Assembly (NCBI GenBank): GCA_951406725.2 | Contig: OX597822.1 | Coordinates: forward strand, 103,354,001-103,418,000 | Source: Octopus vulgaris | Lineage: Eukaryota | Direction of reading: 5' to 3' | Length of the DNA: 64,000 nucleotides | Shown here: positions 53,419 to 64,000 of the stretch, piece by piece | Numbering within the stretch: position 1 is the first letter of the stretch | Layout: every line of letters begins with the position of its first letter | The notes under the pieces: model-generated | Told to the model about the DNA's origin: nothing | What the model saw: the letters and a program-made list of their open reading frames with translations, nothing else | The model's database searches: none | Position numbers and translations under genes: made by a program

Positions 53419-53766
53419 TCTCAGATGGAGGTGTGAATAGCACAGAAGTAAATTCAATTTAGAAAAAAATTAAGAAAATTATAAAATTTTTTTTTACATA
53501 TATATAAGATATTGCCAGTTTTGATGACGAATTCCATCTTGTCAGTTTATATCTATCTTCTATTTGGTGGTTAGAACATATGTGGTTTTTTTCCGGAAAG
53601 TCTTCTTTAAATATAGTTTGTTTATAAATAATTTGCTATAGAGTTCAAAGCATTAGAGAGAAAGAGAGAGTTGTAGTTATCTATTGTCTAAAAAAAAAAA
53701 AATCTCTGTTTGTTCCTGCCGAGGGAATGACTTAAGAGCATTTATTGAATGGGTTTTATGTCCGGC

Positions 53767-53818
<52 letters not shown>

Positions 53819-54016
53819 TGTGTGTGTAAGGTGTTGAATGTCCTTTCAATATGTTTGGAATCTGACCAGCTGTGTTAATGGGTGTGTATGTTGTGATGTC
53901 TTGTTAAGAATTCTATTAGGGAATTAAGGTTTTCCTTCCTTTTTGATATATATATATATATATATATATATTCTATAGTTTCAGCTTAGAGCTGCGGCCA
54001 TGCTGATGCACGGCCG

Positions 54017-54062
<46 letters not shown>

Positions 54063-54103
54063 GTGTATATATGTATATATATAAATATAAATATATATGC
54101 ATG

Positions 54104-54221
<118 letters not shown>

Positions 54222-55313
54222 ACATATATGTATATATATATATACGTATATGTATATACATGCATGCATACATACATAAGACACACAGATACAGAGACTC
54301 ACACAAACACACATATGACGGGCTTATTTCATTTTCCGTCTATCAAATTCACTCACAAGATTTTGGTCATCTCTGGTCTACAGTAGAAGACACTTGCCCA
54401 AGGCGCCTCGTGTGTGACCGAACCCGGAATCATGTGGGTGGAAAGCAAATTTCTAATCACACAACCACGGCCCCTGTCTACAAATATGTTTTGTAATGCA
54501 GTACGTATTGAAACAAACCGCTGTTTGCGTATTAGTGATTTATTAAGACGTCGAAGGTAATCCTATTGTTTTGTCGCAGCGTAATAGAGCGTATATAACT
54601 CGGATAACTTCAATACTTATAATTTCACACTAAAAGCAACTTATTATATCATACCTTTCATATGAATTTATTAATATGACAGGGAAAATGTTAAAGTTTA
54701 CAATAGAAAATGGGAAACAGATAATAGCATAATCTTGCTTTTGTTCGTGATAAAAAAGTGAGAATTTATGTTAGTGAAAATTTGAGAATTCGTTGTTTAG
54801 TTGGAAATTGTGATCAGACAAAATAAATCATCATTATTAAATATAAATATTTCTAGATTGCGTTTAGTCAAACATTGGTTGTTTAGTCTCAGCTTAACCA
54901 TAACAGATCAGGTTTATAATGAAAATGATTCCAACCATTTTAGGATTACGTAGGACTACACCGTTTATCCTGTTCTTATATAAAACTGTAGGTTGGGTTC
55001 TGTATGAGGAATAACTACTGCTATTTCTAGCAGGTAGAACAAACTTGTTGGCTCAATTTACTCTCTTGTGCTCCCCTTTCAAATATAAGCAGTCCTTATT
55101 TCTGATAACTTTGTTAGCGGTTCTTATTGACATTGGTTCCAAATGTTGGTACAAGGCCTGCAGTTATAGGGGAAGGGGTAAGTCGATTACATCGACCCCA
55201 GTACTTAACTGGTACTTACTTAAGACTCCGAAAGAATAAAAGTTGACCTCGGCGGAGTTTGATCACTGAACGTAAAGACAGGTAAAATTTTTCCCGCTGT
55301 GCTAACGATTCTT

Positions 55314-56279
55314 ATTTCTTTACTGACCACTAGAGGCTACACATAGAGGGGACAAACAAGGATAGACAAAGGGATTAAGTCGATTACAACAACCCCAGTG
55401 CGTAACTGGTACTTAATTTATCGACCCCGAAATGATGAAAGGCAAAGTCGACCTCGGCGGAATTTGAACTCAGAACGTAGCTGCAGATGAAATACCCATT
55501 TCTTTACGACCCACAAAGGGCTAAACACAGAGAGGACAAACAAGGACAGACTAATGGATTAAGTCGATTATATCGGCCCCAGTACGTAACTGGTACTTAA
55601 TTTATCGACCCCGAAAGGATAAAAGGCAAAGTCGACCTCGGCGGAATTTGAACTCAGAACGTAACGGCAGACGAAATACCTATTTCTTTATTATCCACAA
55701 GGGGCTAAACACAGAGGGGACAAACAAGGACAGACATAGGTATTACGTCGATTACATCGACCCCAGTGCGTAACTGGTAGTTAATTTATCGACCCCGAAA
55801 GGATGAAAGGCAAAGTCGACCTCGGCGGAATTTGAACTCAGAACGTAGCTGCAGACGAAATATCTATTTCTTTACGACCCACAAAGGGCTAAACACAGAG
55901 AGGACAAACAAGGACAGACTAACGGATTAAGTCGATTATACCGGCCCCAGTACGTAACTGGTACTTAATTTATCGACCCCGAAAGGATAAAAGGCAAAGT
56001 CGACCTCAGCGGAATTTGAACTCAGAACGTAGCTGCAGACGAAATACCTATTTCTTTACGACCCACAAAGGGCTAAACACAGAGAGGACAAACAAGGACA
56101 GACAAAGGGATTAAGTCGATTATATCGGCCCCAGTACGTAACTGGTACTTAATTTATCGACCCCGAAAGGATAAAAGGCAAAGTCGACCTCGGCGGAATT
56201 TGAACTCAGAACGTAACGGCAGACGAAATACCGCTAAGCATTTCGCCCGGCGTGCTAACGATTCTGCCAGCTCGTTGCC
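55314..56279 (-). repeat. Head-to-tail pentamer of SINE family A (184-bp period)
   Basis: ATTTCTTTA occurs at 55314, 55498, 55682, 55866 and 56050. Only the right-most unit has the full tRNA-like head. Confidence 0.92.
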
Positions 56280-56717
56280 GTGGTTCGTCTCATTGACTAA
56301 CAAATGTAAAATGTTAAAGTTTCACGTGGATATAGTCTGAGATTAGATGAAATAAGTACAAAAAAGATCTCGTTAGTGAAATGTAGATTTATCCTTGATA
56401 TGAGAAGTAATTATTGATGTTGGGAAGTGAGTGGGAAGATACGTCATTAAGGGATCTGAAATCAAAGGTTTACGTATTTGCCACAAATGAGAATAGTTAC
56501 CAGTAAATCTAGCAAGCGCCATATTTGTATTCGCTACGGCTCATAGGCTGGCTATTCAAGACCTCTTTTAACCATGTTCGTTTTTTTTTTTTCATATATG
56601 ACTAAGTTTAAATAAAAGGAGCAAAAAAAAAAAACATCTTCGGGTGCTGTAATTGGATGAAAAATATTTCTTTATGTATGGAGAGAATAGACTTACTCAC
56701 ACATAAATTTTGGGATT

Positions 56718-57123
56718 TGAAAGAAAGAAAGAATGAGAGAGAGAGAGAGAGAGAGTGAGAGAGAGGGAAAGAGATAAAGAAAGAAGGGTGGGAAACAGAA
56801 TAAGAAAGAGTAAGAAGAGAGAAAAGCAAAAGAAAATAAGAAAAGGGAATAAAAAAAAATGAGACAGGAAATGAGAACAAAATGGAAAGATGGAGCAGGA
56901 GAGAAAGAGAAAGAAAGAAGGAAGGAGAGAGAGAGAGAGAGGGAGAGAGAGTGAGAGAGAGAGAGGGAAAGAGATAAAGAAAGAAGGGTGGGAAACAGAA
57001 TAAGAAAGAGTAAGAAGAGAGAAAAGCAAAAGAAAATAAGAAAAGGGAATAAAAAAAAAATGAGACAGGAAATGAGAACAAAATGGAAAGATGGAGCAGG
57101 AGAGAAAGAGAAAGAAAGAAGGA

Positions 57124-57176
<53 letters not shown>

Positions 57177-57319
57177 AGAAAGAAGGAAGGAGAGAGAGAA
57201 AGAGAAAGAAAGAAGGAAGGAGAGAGAGAGAGAGAGAGAAAGAGAAAGAAAGAAGGAAGGAGAGAGAGAAAGAGAAAGAAAGAAGGAAGGAGAGAGAGAA
57301 AGAGAAAGAAAGAAGGAAG

Positions 57320-57393
<74 letters not shown>
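56718..57393. repeat. Purine-rich (GA)n region with a 200-bp direct duplication
   Basis: GAGAGGGAAAGAGATAAAGAAAGAAGGGTGGG occurs at 56761 and 56961, followed by ~30-bp GA-rich units. Confidence 0.9.
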
Positions 57394-57394
<1 letters not shown>

Positions 57395-57835
57395 TCTATT
57401 GCTGTCAAAGTTTTGCTATTTTTTGTAAGAATTTCAGGTGTCGAAGCTTAAACTGATGAAAATTTCTATAAAATCTTTAGCAGATAAGAAATTATCGTAC
57501 ACAAAGAGTATTTGTATTGTGAAACAGTTTGGTTACTTCCATATAGCTTATAGTGAGGAATTAGTGTTCTAAGAAGTCTGTAACAGACTAGTAGGTTTAA
57601 GTATAGGTTTAAGCCCAAACGTAAATGAAATATGATTAAAGAAATAAGCTTAATACGATGAAAGAAATAAGATTACAGTCTTGATTTGTTTTGCTGGCTA
57701 ATTCCCATGGTTTATAGAAATCGAGCTGAAATATTCATTTTATTCATTACCAATCCCGTTCTTGCTAAATGGTAATTAGGAACTTATGTAAGTAACACAT
57801 TTGATCATATAACCACCAGAAATGCAGAGAGAATA

Positions 57836-58248
57836 TACTCTCTTTTACTCTCTTTTACTTGCTTCAGTCATTTGACTGCGGCCATGCTGGAGCACCGCCT
57901 TAAATCGAGCAACTCGACCCCGGGACTTATTCTTTTGTAAGCCCAGTACTTATTCTATCGGTCTCTTTTGGCGAACCGCTAAGTAAAGGTAGACATAAAC
58001 ACACCAGCATCGGTTGTCAAGCAATGCTAGGGGGACAAACACAGACACACATACATACATGTACACATATATATACATATATACGACGGGCTTCTTTCAG
58101 TTTCCGTCAACCAAATCCACTCACAAGGTTTTGGTCGGCCCGAGTCTATAGTAGAAGACACTTGCCCAAGGTGCCACGAAGTGGGACTGAACCCGGAACC
58201 ATGTGGTTGGTAAACAAGCTACTTACCACAAAGCCACTCCTGCGCCTA
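57836..58248 (-). mobile_element. SINE family D
   Basis: Identity to 19833-20234. Confidence 0.85.
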
Positions 58249-59205
58249 TATTTATGTTCTTCGAGCAAAATCTTAAAAGTAGTCTTGAATACACACAAAC
58301 ACACACACACACAAGAACGTGCGCGCGCCATACACAGGTGTATGTGTGTGTGTGCGCGCGTGCGTTCTTGGCTTGAAATTTGTTCCCCCCCCGCCGCTTG
58401 GCAACTGGTGTTGGTTTGTTTAAGCTCCCTTAGCTTACCGATAGAGTAAGTGCCATAGTTTAAATGTGAATACTCGGGTCAATTTGATCGATTAAACCCT
58501 TCAAGACAGTAACCCAATATGATGGCAGTCCAATGACTGAACCAAGAATAAAAGAATAAAAGTATATGCATGAATAAGGCACATAGGAGGAATTACAACC
58601 GTGTTTCGTGGTCTGCTACCACAACAGCTCCTTTATAGGATCCAGTTAGCTCAAGACATCATCAGGAGGAACCACGTCCGGTTTCGGCCCCTACTCCTCT
58701 ACCGATTAGACGTGGAGCCCCCTCACCCCTTTCGGAGGTGTCTTCAGCTTTGGTGTTGGGTGCATGTCTTCTTTCTTCTTCTTTCTTCTGTTCCCTGGCC
58801 TCTTCGATGTATCGTCAGCGAGTGTCAGCCGGTGACAGACTGACTTTTTTTCTGACTGAATTTTTCCCTTTAAATACCTGCCACTAGGCTCCAGCTGGCA
58901 GCCCCAGCAAGTTGTCACGTGACACTGTCTCCCCTTAACTGACTAGTGAAGGCGCATGTTGTTACAGGTCTTGTTCTTATGAACGAAGTGCTTAAATTTA
59001 TTTGTAACGGAGTTGACCATGGCATTAAATATTTTATTTTTTTCTATTAGATTCTCATAACGTCATCTAATGAAATCATTTCGATTCATGCAGAGATTAT
59101 TGTTTCGTTAAGTCAGTCGGAGAAATTTTATTGCTATTACATGAAGTTAGAAGAATTTTATTTACAGTTCACCTGTTTATCCCATCATTCAATTTTGTTT
59201 TTCAG

Positions 59206-59497
59206 GAAGAATATTTGCGGTCCGGACAGCATACCGATATCGTGTAAATTTTCTTGCACTCTTGCTTATGTTTGCCAAATAATACTCTCTTATTATCTCA
59301 TGCTGAGTGTGATGACAGGAAATATATGGATTTTCCTAGCTGTTATAAGTGGCTCAGCCATCGGTTTCTTCATTGTTCGACCTTGGATCAAATGCTTTTT
59401 TTTGAAGCGAAGAATGATCACATTGAAAAAGTATTCAGCTACAGAAGAAAATACGAAAAATTTCGTCGATACAAAACAAACAGAAACACCATTTTAA
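59206..59497 (+). CDS. Ctr/SLC31 copper transporter, last coding exon (TM2, TM3, C-tail)
   Basis: TTTTGTTTTTCAG|G completes AG|G = Arg. Encodes ...QIILSYYLMLSVMTGNIWIFLAVISGSAIGFFIV..., with the Ctr MxxxM-x12-GxxxG signature. Ends in TAA. Confidence 0.9.
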
Positions 59498-59699
59498 GAC
59501 GAAATATACATTGCAGTTTTGTCTGTGCATATTACATTTAAGACATTCACTGATAAAACTGAAAAACCTTTGGTTCTTAAATATTTTTCATACAAAACCT
59601 AAAGTATTTGTCACTAAAATGTTCACAAAAATTTATTTTTGTTCCGATTACTTCTTTTCAGTATTGGAATATATGTTCAATATTTTAAGTTAAATTTTT

Positions 59700-59705
59700 A
59701 ATAAA
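59700..59705 (+). promoter_or_regulatory. Candidate polyadenylation signal of the Ctr gene
   Basis: First AATAAA about 200 nt after the stop codon. Confidence 0.4.
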
Positions 59706-59882
59706 ATATATGGATCAAGAAAACGAAAAACCATTTGTGTTTGGCATTTGTTACTCAAATTTCTAACTGAGAAGAGAAGCAGTATGCAAAGAATATTGTG
59801 TAGGGGTAAAATATTTACGTTTTGACCAATACACTGTGCAATTTGCGAGACGAAAATTTTGTGGAAACCCGTCGTATGTATA

Positions 59883-60766
59883 TACATGGTCTGATCAATA
59901 AATATCCAGACAGTTGCCATAATAACGAAACTAAAGCACGCAGAGTGAAGCCGCTTGGTACAGATTGACCTTGAACTCTGCTGTGCATGCGTACTAAGTT
60001 TAACGTTCTAGCTCACTTCCGCTGTTTACAGCAGTACTTGGAAGGAACGTGTGTAGCGTGTGATCGTCACATTGATCATGATAGATAAAAGTTGAGCAGA
60101 AAAAATCTGCATCAAATTTTGCTAAAACCTTGGTGATACCTGCCCAGAGACCTACGTAAAGTTTTCATCGATCTCAACACAATAAAGGAGATCTTGTGGA
60201 ATTGAAACCCGAGTGTCCTTTTGGTCAGCTGAAAGCAGTTTTGGCACAAACTTGGCAGACACGCACCTCATTCTCAAATCTTCAGTGATAACGGACTGAA
60301 CTGAACTGTACTTAATCTGCACATCCTCTGATAACTCATGGATGACGAATCGACAATTTCCTCACAAAGCTGCACGCACATCTGCAATGTTTTTCTCAGT
60401 TCTGCTAGTTACGGGTTTCCCAGAAGGTTCATCAATATCGACATTTTTTCGGCTTTCTAGGAAACATCTGAACCACTCGTACACTTGTGTGCGGCTCATA
60501 CACACGTCTCCATACACTTTCTGCAACTTTGCGTTGGCATCTGAGGAGGTATCACCATGACAACTTTCTCTGTCATGGTCAAAGCGACGATCACACGCTA
60601 CACACGTTCCTTCCAAGCACTGCTACAAACAACAGCGGAAGTGAGCTAGAACGTTAAAACTTAGTGCACTTGCACAGCAGAGTTCAAGGTCAGTCTGTGC
60701 CAAGCACTTCGCTCTGTGTGCTATAACGTTGTTACTATGGCAACAGACATTGATCAGACATTGTGT
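59883..60766. mobile_element. Mariner-derived fold-back element with ~210-bp inverted ends
   Basis: 59883-60095 mirrors 60560-60766. The interior encodes a transposase N-terminus on the minus strand (LQKVYGDVCMSRTQVYEWF...DEPSGKP). An orphan end lies at 61312-61368. Confidence 0.85.
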
Positions 60767-61097
60767 ATATATATATTTGCTGCTGAGAAGTTGGCGCGGT
60801 GACGGTAGATTTTGAAAATTTAGAATATATATTCTCGAGGCGTCGATGCTGTCGCCTCGTGGATATATATTTCCCTGGCTTCTTTGCTGACGAGACAAGC
60901 CAGTGGCAAATAGATTTAATTTAATTTAATTAGATCGGTTTGCCAATATGTATGTCGAAACTATGCATAGTCCAAAGATGATAAGGGCAAATGTTTTTAT
61001 TTTCCTTTGGTTTCTGAATTACAACTATTTAGCGGTTTGAGTTTAGCTGCTCTTTCTAGTGGGTCGAATGGTCTATCAAGGCCATTCCTTAATATTG

Positions 61098-61182
<85 letters not shown>

Positions 61183-61185
<3 letters not shown>

Positions 61186-61223
61186 TAGCATCACTTCTGA
61201 ATTCGATCGGAAACATATAATTG

Positions 61224-61261
<38 letters not shown>

Positions 61262-61311
61262 CAATTATATGTTTCCGATCGATTCCGATCGAATTCAGAA
61301 GTGATGCTATA
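61183..61311. repeat. Palindrome centred on (TA)n
   Basis: TATAGCATCACTTCTGAATTCGATCGGAAACATATAATTGAGTAC-(TA)n-GTACTCAATTATATGTTTCCGATCGA(TTCCGATCGA)ATTCAGAAGTGATGCTATA. Confidence 0.9.
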
Positions 61312-61364
61312 GCGTGCTATAGCGTTGTTACTATGGCAGCAGTCCGGATATTTATTAATCAGAC

Positions 61365-61401
<37 letters not shown>

Positions 61402-61420
61402 ATATATGTATATATGTATA

Positions 61421-61451
<31 letters not shown>

Positions 61452-61853
61452 CTTTCCTTGTTTTTACCCCCCTGCAAAGGAATTTTATTTAATTCTTTCG
61501 CTGGAAGGGCTAGTTCGACGAGTCGTAGCTTGTCCTCACCTTCGAAACACGCATGGAGTCGTACTAGGGACAGCTGATGAAGGGGAATTTTCCTTGTGTT
61601 GTTTGTCTTGTACTCTGTTTTTTCGTTGTTAAAAAAAGGTCCGTTTCAATGTTTGTTTTTATGTTTTCGTTTCCCGTTGAGTTCTACGTCTATTTGTGGT
61701 GTCCTGTACTCACGTATATATATTTATATATGCATGTATATATACATGTAGATGTAGGTACGTACATATATGTATGTATGTATGCATATATTTTATTTAT
61801 TACACTATTGTATGACTGAGCGCCCTCGCGTCGTTTCTTTTTTTCTCTAAGTA

Positions 61854-61914
<61 letters not shown>

Positions 61915-62455
61915 ATATATATATATATATGTAGTGAATCCAAACAAAGAAGAACAAACATGAAAAAAACAACAAGACGGGAACATAGTATAAGTAAGGT
62001 ATTATCAGATGCTCAGGAAAGGAAAGAAAGAGGATATTTCGCTATTCTGTGGATTATTCATATCACGTACCTGAATCAAACCGGAAAAAACCAAATCGCC
62101 AGTTTACGACTGTTTACAACACTAACACTGCTTTTAATTCGTTATCAAACTTAATACTGTGTGATTAAATTTAATCCTAGGAAAGATGTGTATATGCATG
62201 TATGTACATTTGTGTATGTAAACATATGTATGTATATGTTTAAAAGCATGTTAGTATATTTGTGTATATATTTAATTTATCTTTTCTCGTTTAGAACGCA
62301 AATTTATCTGATAAAGAAATGTATTATAACAGAACATACGATAGGAATAAAACAAGAAGTCTAAAATGACAAAAGAGAATTTGCACGTCTGAAGATTTAC
62401 TTATACAGTCGCCATCGTTGTGAGAGAATCTACCATTCCCAGTTAATAAGTGATA

Positions 62456-63705
62456 TTAGGTTGTCAAGAAAGTTCTTGCGAAACTTTTAATTTTGGTTTT
62501 AAAGGATGTATTTTCAAATTAATTTTCGTTAAATTCCATCCACTTTATATATAATTTTAAAGCCCGTTTTTTGCTCTATCTAATCGTGTTACTCTTTTTC
62601 TTTTTGAACGTTGAATACAACATGGACAAAAAGCAAATTCGCACAATTTTCTTATTCCAGTTAAAGCTAGGCCGAAAAGCTGCTGAATCAGCTCGCGATA
62701 TCAACGATGCGTTTGGCCCAGGAACCACTAATGAACGTACAGCACAATGGTGGTTGAAGAAGTTTCGTAGTCGTGATGAGAGTCTTGAAGATGATATGAG
62801 TAGTGGTCGGCCATAGGATGTTGACAACGATGAACTAAGAGCCTTAGTCGAGGCCAATGCCCGCACAACTATTCGAGAGCTTGCTTCTTAATTAGACGTA
62901 ACGTATACGACACTTTCGAACCACTTGAAAGAGATTGAAAAAAAAATACTTGAGAAATGAGTGCCGCACGAATTGAACGACAAACAAGAAAAATAAAATG
63001 CCGTTTTGAAGTGTCGTCTTCCCTTCTTTTTCGCATCAAGAATGAACCGTTTCTCGACCGGATTTTGACTTGCGATGAAAAGTGGATTTTTTACGACAAC
63101 CGGCGACGCTCAGCTTAGTGCTTGGACGCCAACTAAGCTCCACGGCACTTCCCGAAGCCAATGTTGCACCAAAAGAATGTCATAGTGACTGTTTGATGGT
63201 CTGCAGCCAGTCTCATCCATCAGAACTTTTTGGATCCAGGCGAAACCATTACTGTCAGTAAATGGATGAAATGTATAAGAAACTCCGACAACAACAGCCA
63301 GCATTGGTCAATAGAAAAGGACAAATTCTTCTCCACGACAATGCTCAGCCACACGTCGCACAACTGACCCTGCAGAAGTTGAACGAATTGGGCTATGAAA
63401 CTCTGCCTCATCCGCCATATTCACCAGACCACGCCTACCGACTACCACTTTTTCAAGCATCTCGACAACTTCCTGCGTGAGAAATGCCTCAAAAACGAAG
63501 ATGATGCCAAACACGCCTTCAATGATTTCATCGCCACCAGAAGGCAGGATTTTTACGCTACTGGCATAAATAAACTTGTTTCGCGTTGGTCAAGGCGTGT
63601 TGATTCTGATGGTGTTTATTTCAATTAATAAAGTTTTGTGTGAACCGAGATATGTGCATCTGAATTTAAAGGTTAAAAACCGCAAGAACTTTCTTGACAA
63701 CCTAA
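62456..63705 (+). mobile_element. Full-length defective mariner (cecropia/Hsmar1-like)
   Basis: TA TSDs and perfect TIRs TTAGGTTGTCAAGAAAGTTCTTGCG / CGCAAGAACTTTCTTGACAACCTAA. The transposase at 62622-63628 has MDKKQIR.IFLF, TCDEKW, LHDNA and HPPYSPD, with stops and frameshifts. Confidence 0.95.
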
Positions 63706-64000
63706 TAGAATAGTCATATAGTTAGTTATATGGTTACTGCTGCTATTACTATCGATGCTGTTTTTGTTGCTACTGCTACTGTTGTTGTTGTTCATATTGT
63801 TGCTTAGTTCTGATACATCAGAAGTATAATCAAAGCAGCTTCACCTGTGAATAGATATGTGTGCGTGTTTAGATGCATACATACAAGTGTGTATGTATGC
63901 ATGAATGTATATATGCATATATATATATATATATATATGTATGTATATATGTATATATATATTTATTCACTTTTATATACTTTTATATATGCATACACAC

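Noticed and set aside
59051-59106. Possible extra Ctr exon after TTTTCTATTAG
   Set aside because: In the required phase it hits TAA at the third full codon.
59141-59205. N-terminal part of ORF 59141-59497 as a single-exon gene
   Set aside because: It overlaps a polypyrimidine tract and AG acceptor. TM1 and the ectodomain are encoded in upstream exons with matching phases.
62571-63628. SETMAR-like host gene
   Set aside because: There is no SET domain. The sequence is bounded by TIRs and TA TSDs and has stops and frameshifts, so it is a dead transposon.

Overview
AT-rich, repeat-dense eukaryotic (animal) genomic DNA. The tRNA-derived SINE families, Helitron, mariner, R4/Dong-type LINE and Penelope-like repeats, and very long (TA)n/(TAA)n/(CA)n/(TATG)n microsatellites suggest an octopus/cephalopod genome; the taxon is inferred, not proven. 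One host gene can be assembled by hand on the + strand: a divergent Ctr/SLC31 copper transporter with three well-supported coding exons (23146-23215, 36199-36304, 59206-59497) whose splice phases match. A probable 2-codon first exon (18475-18480) would give about 157 aa over about 41 kb. An intact tRNA-Thr(TGT) at 22062-22134 sits together with a downstream SINE inside one target-site duplication, which suggests the tRNA gene was retrotransposed piggy-back on a SINE. Other notable structure includes several hammerhead-ribozyme-like motifs inside fold-back or Penelope-like repeats and an RT-less GIY-YIG element. There are also two ORF1-only zinc-knuckle elements, a five-unit head-to-tail SINE multimer, a 1.24-kb x3 tandem duplication, Helitrons with swapped internal cargo, and an Hsmar1-like mariner. 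Most ORFs in the supplied track are microsatellite or SINE artefacts. No CRISPR or prokaryotic system is present. Repeat boundaries are approximate unless a TSD or TIR is quoted.
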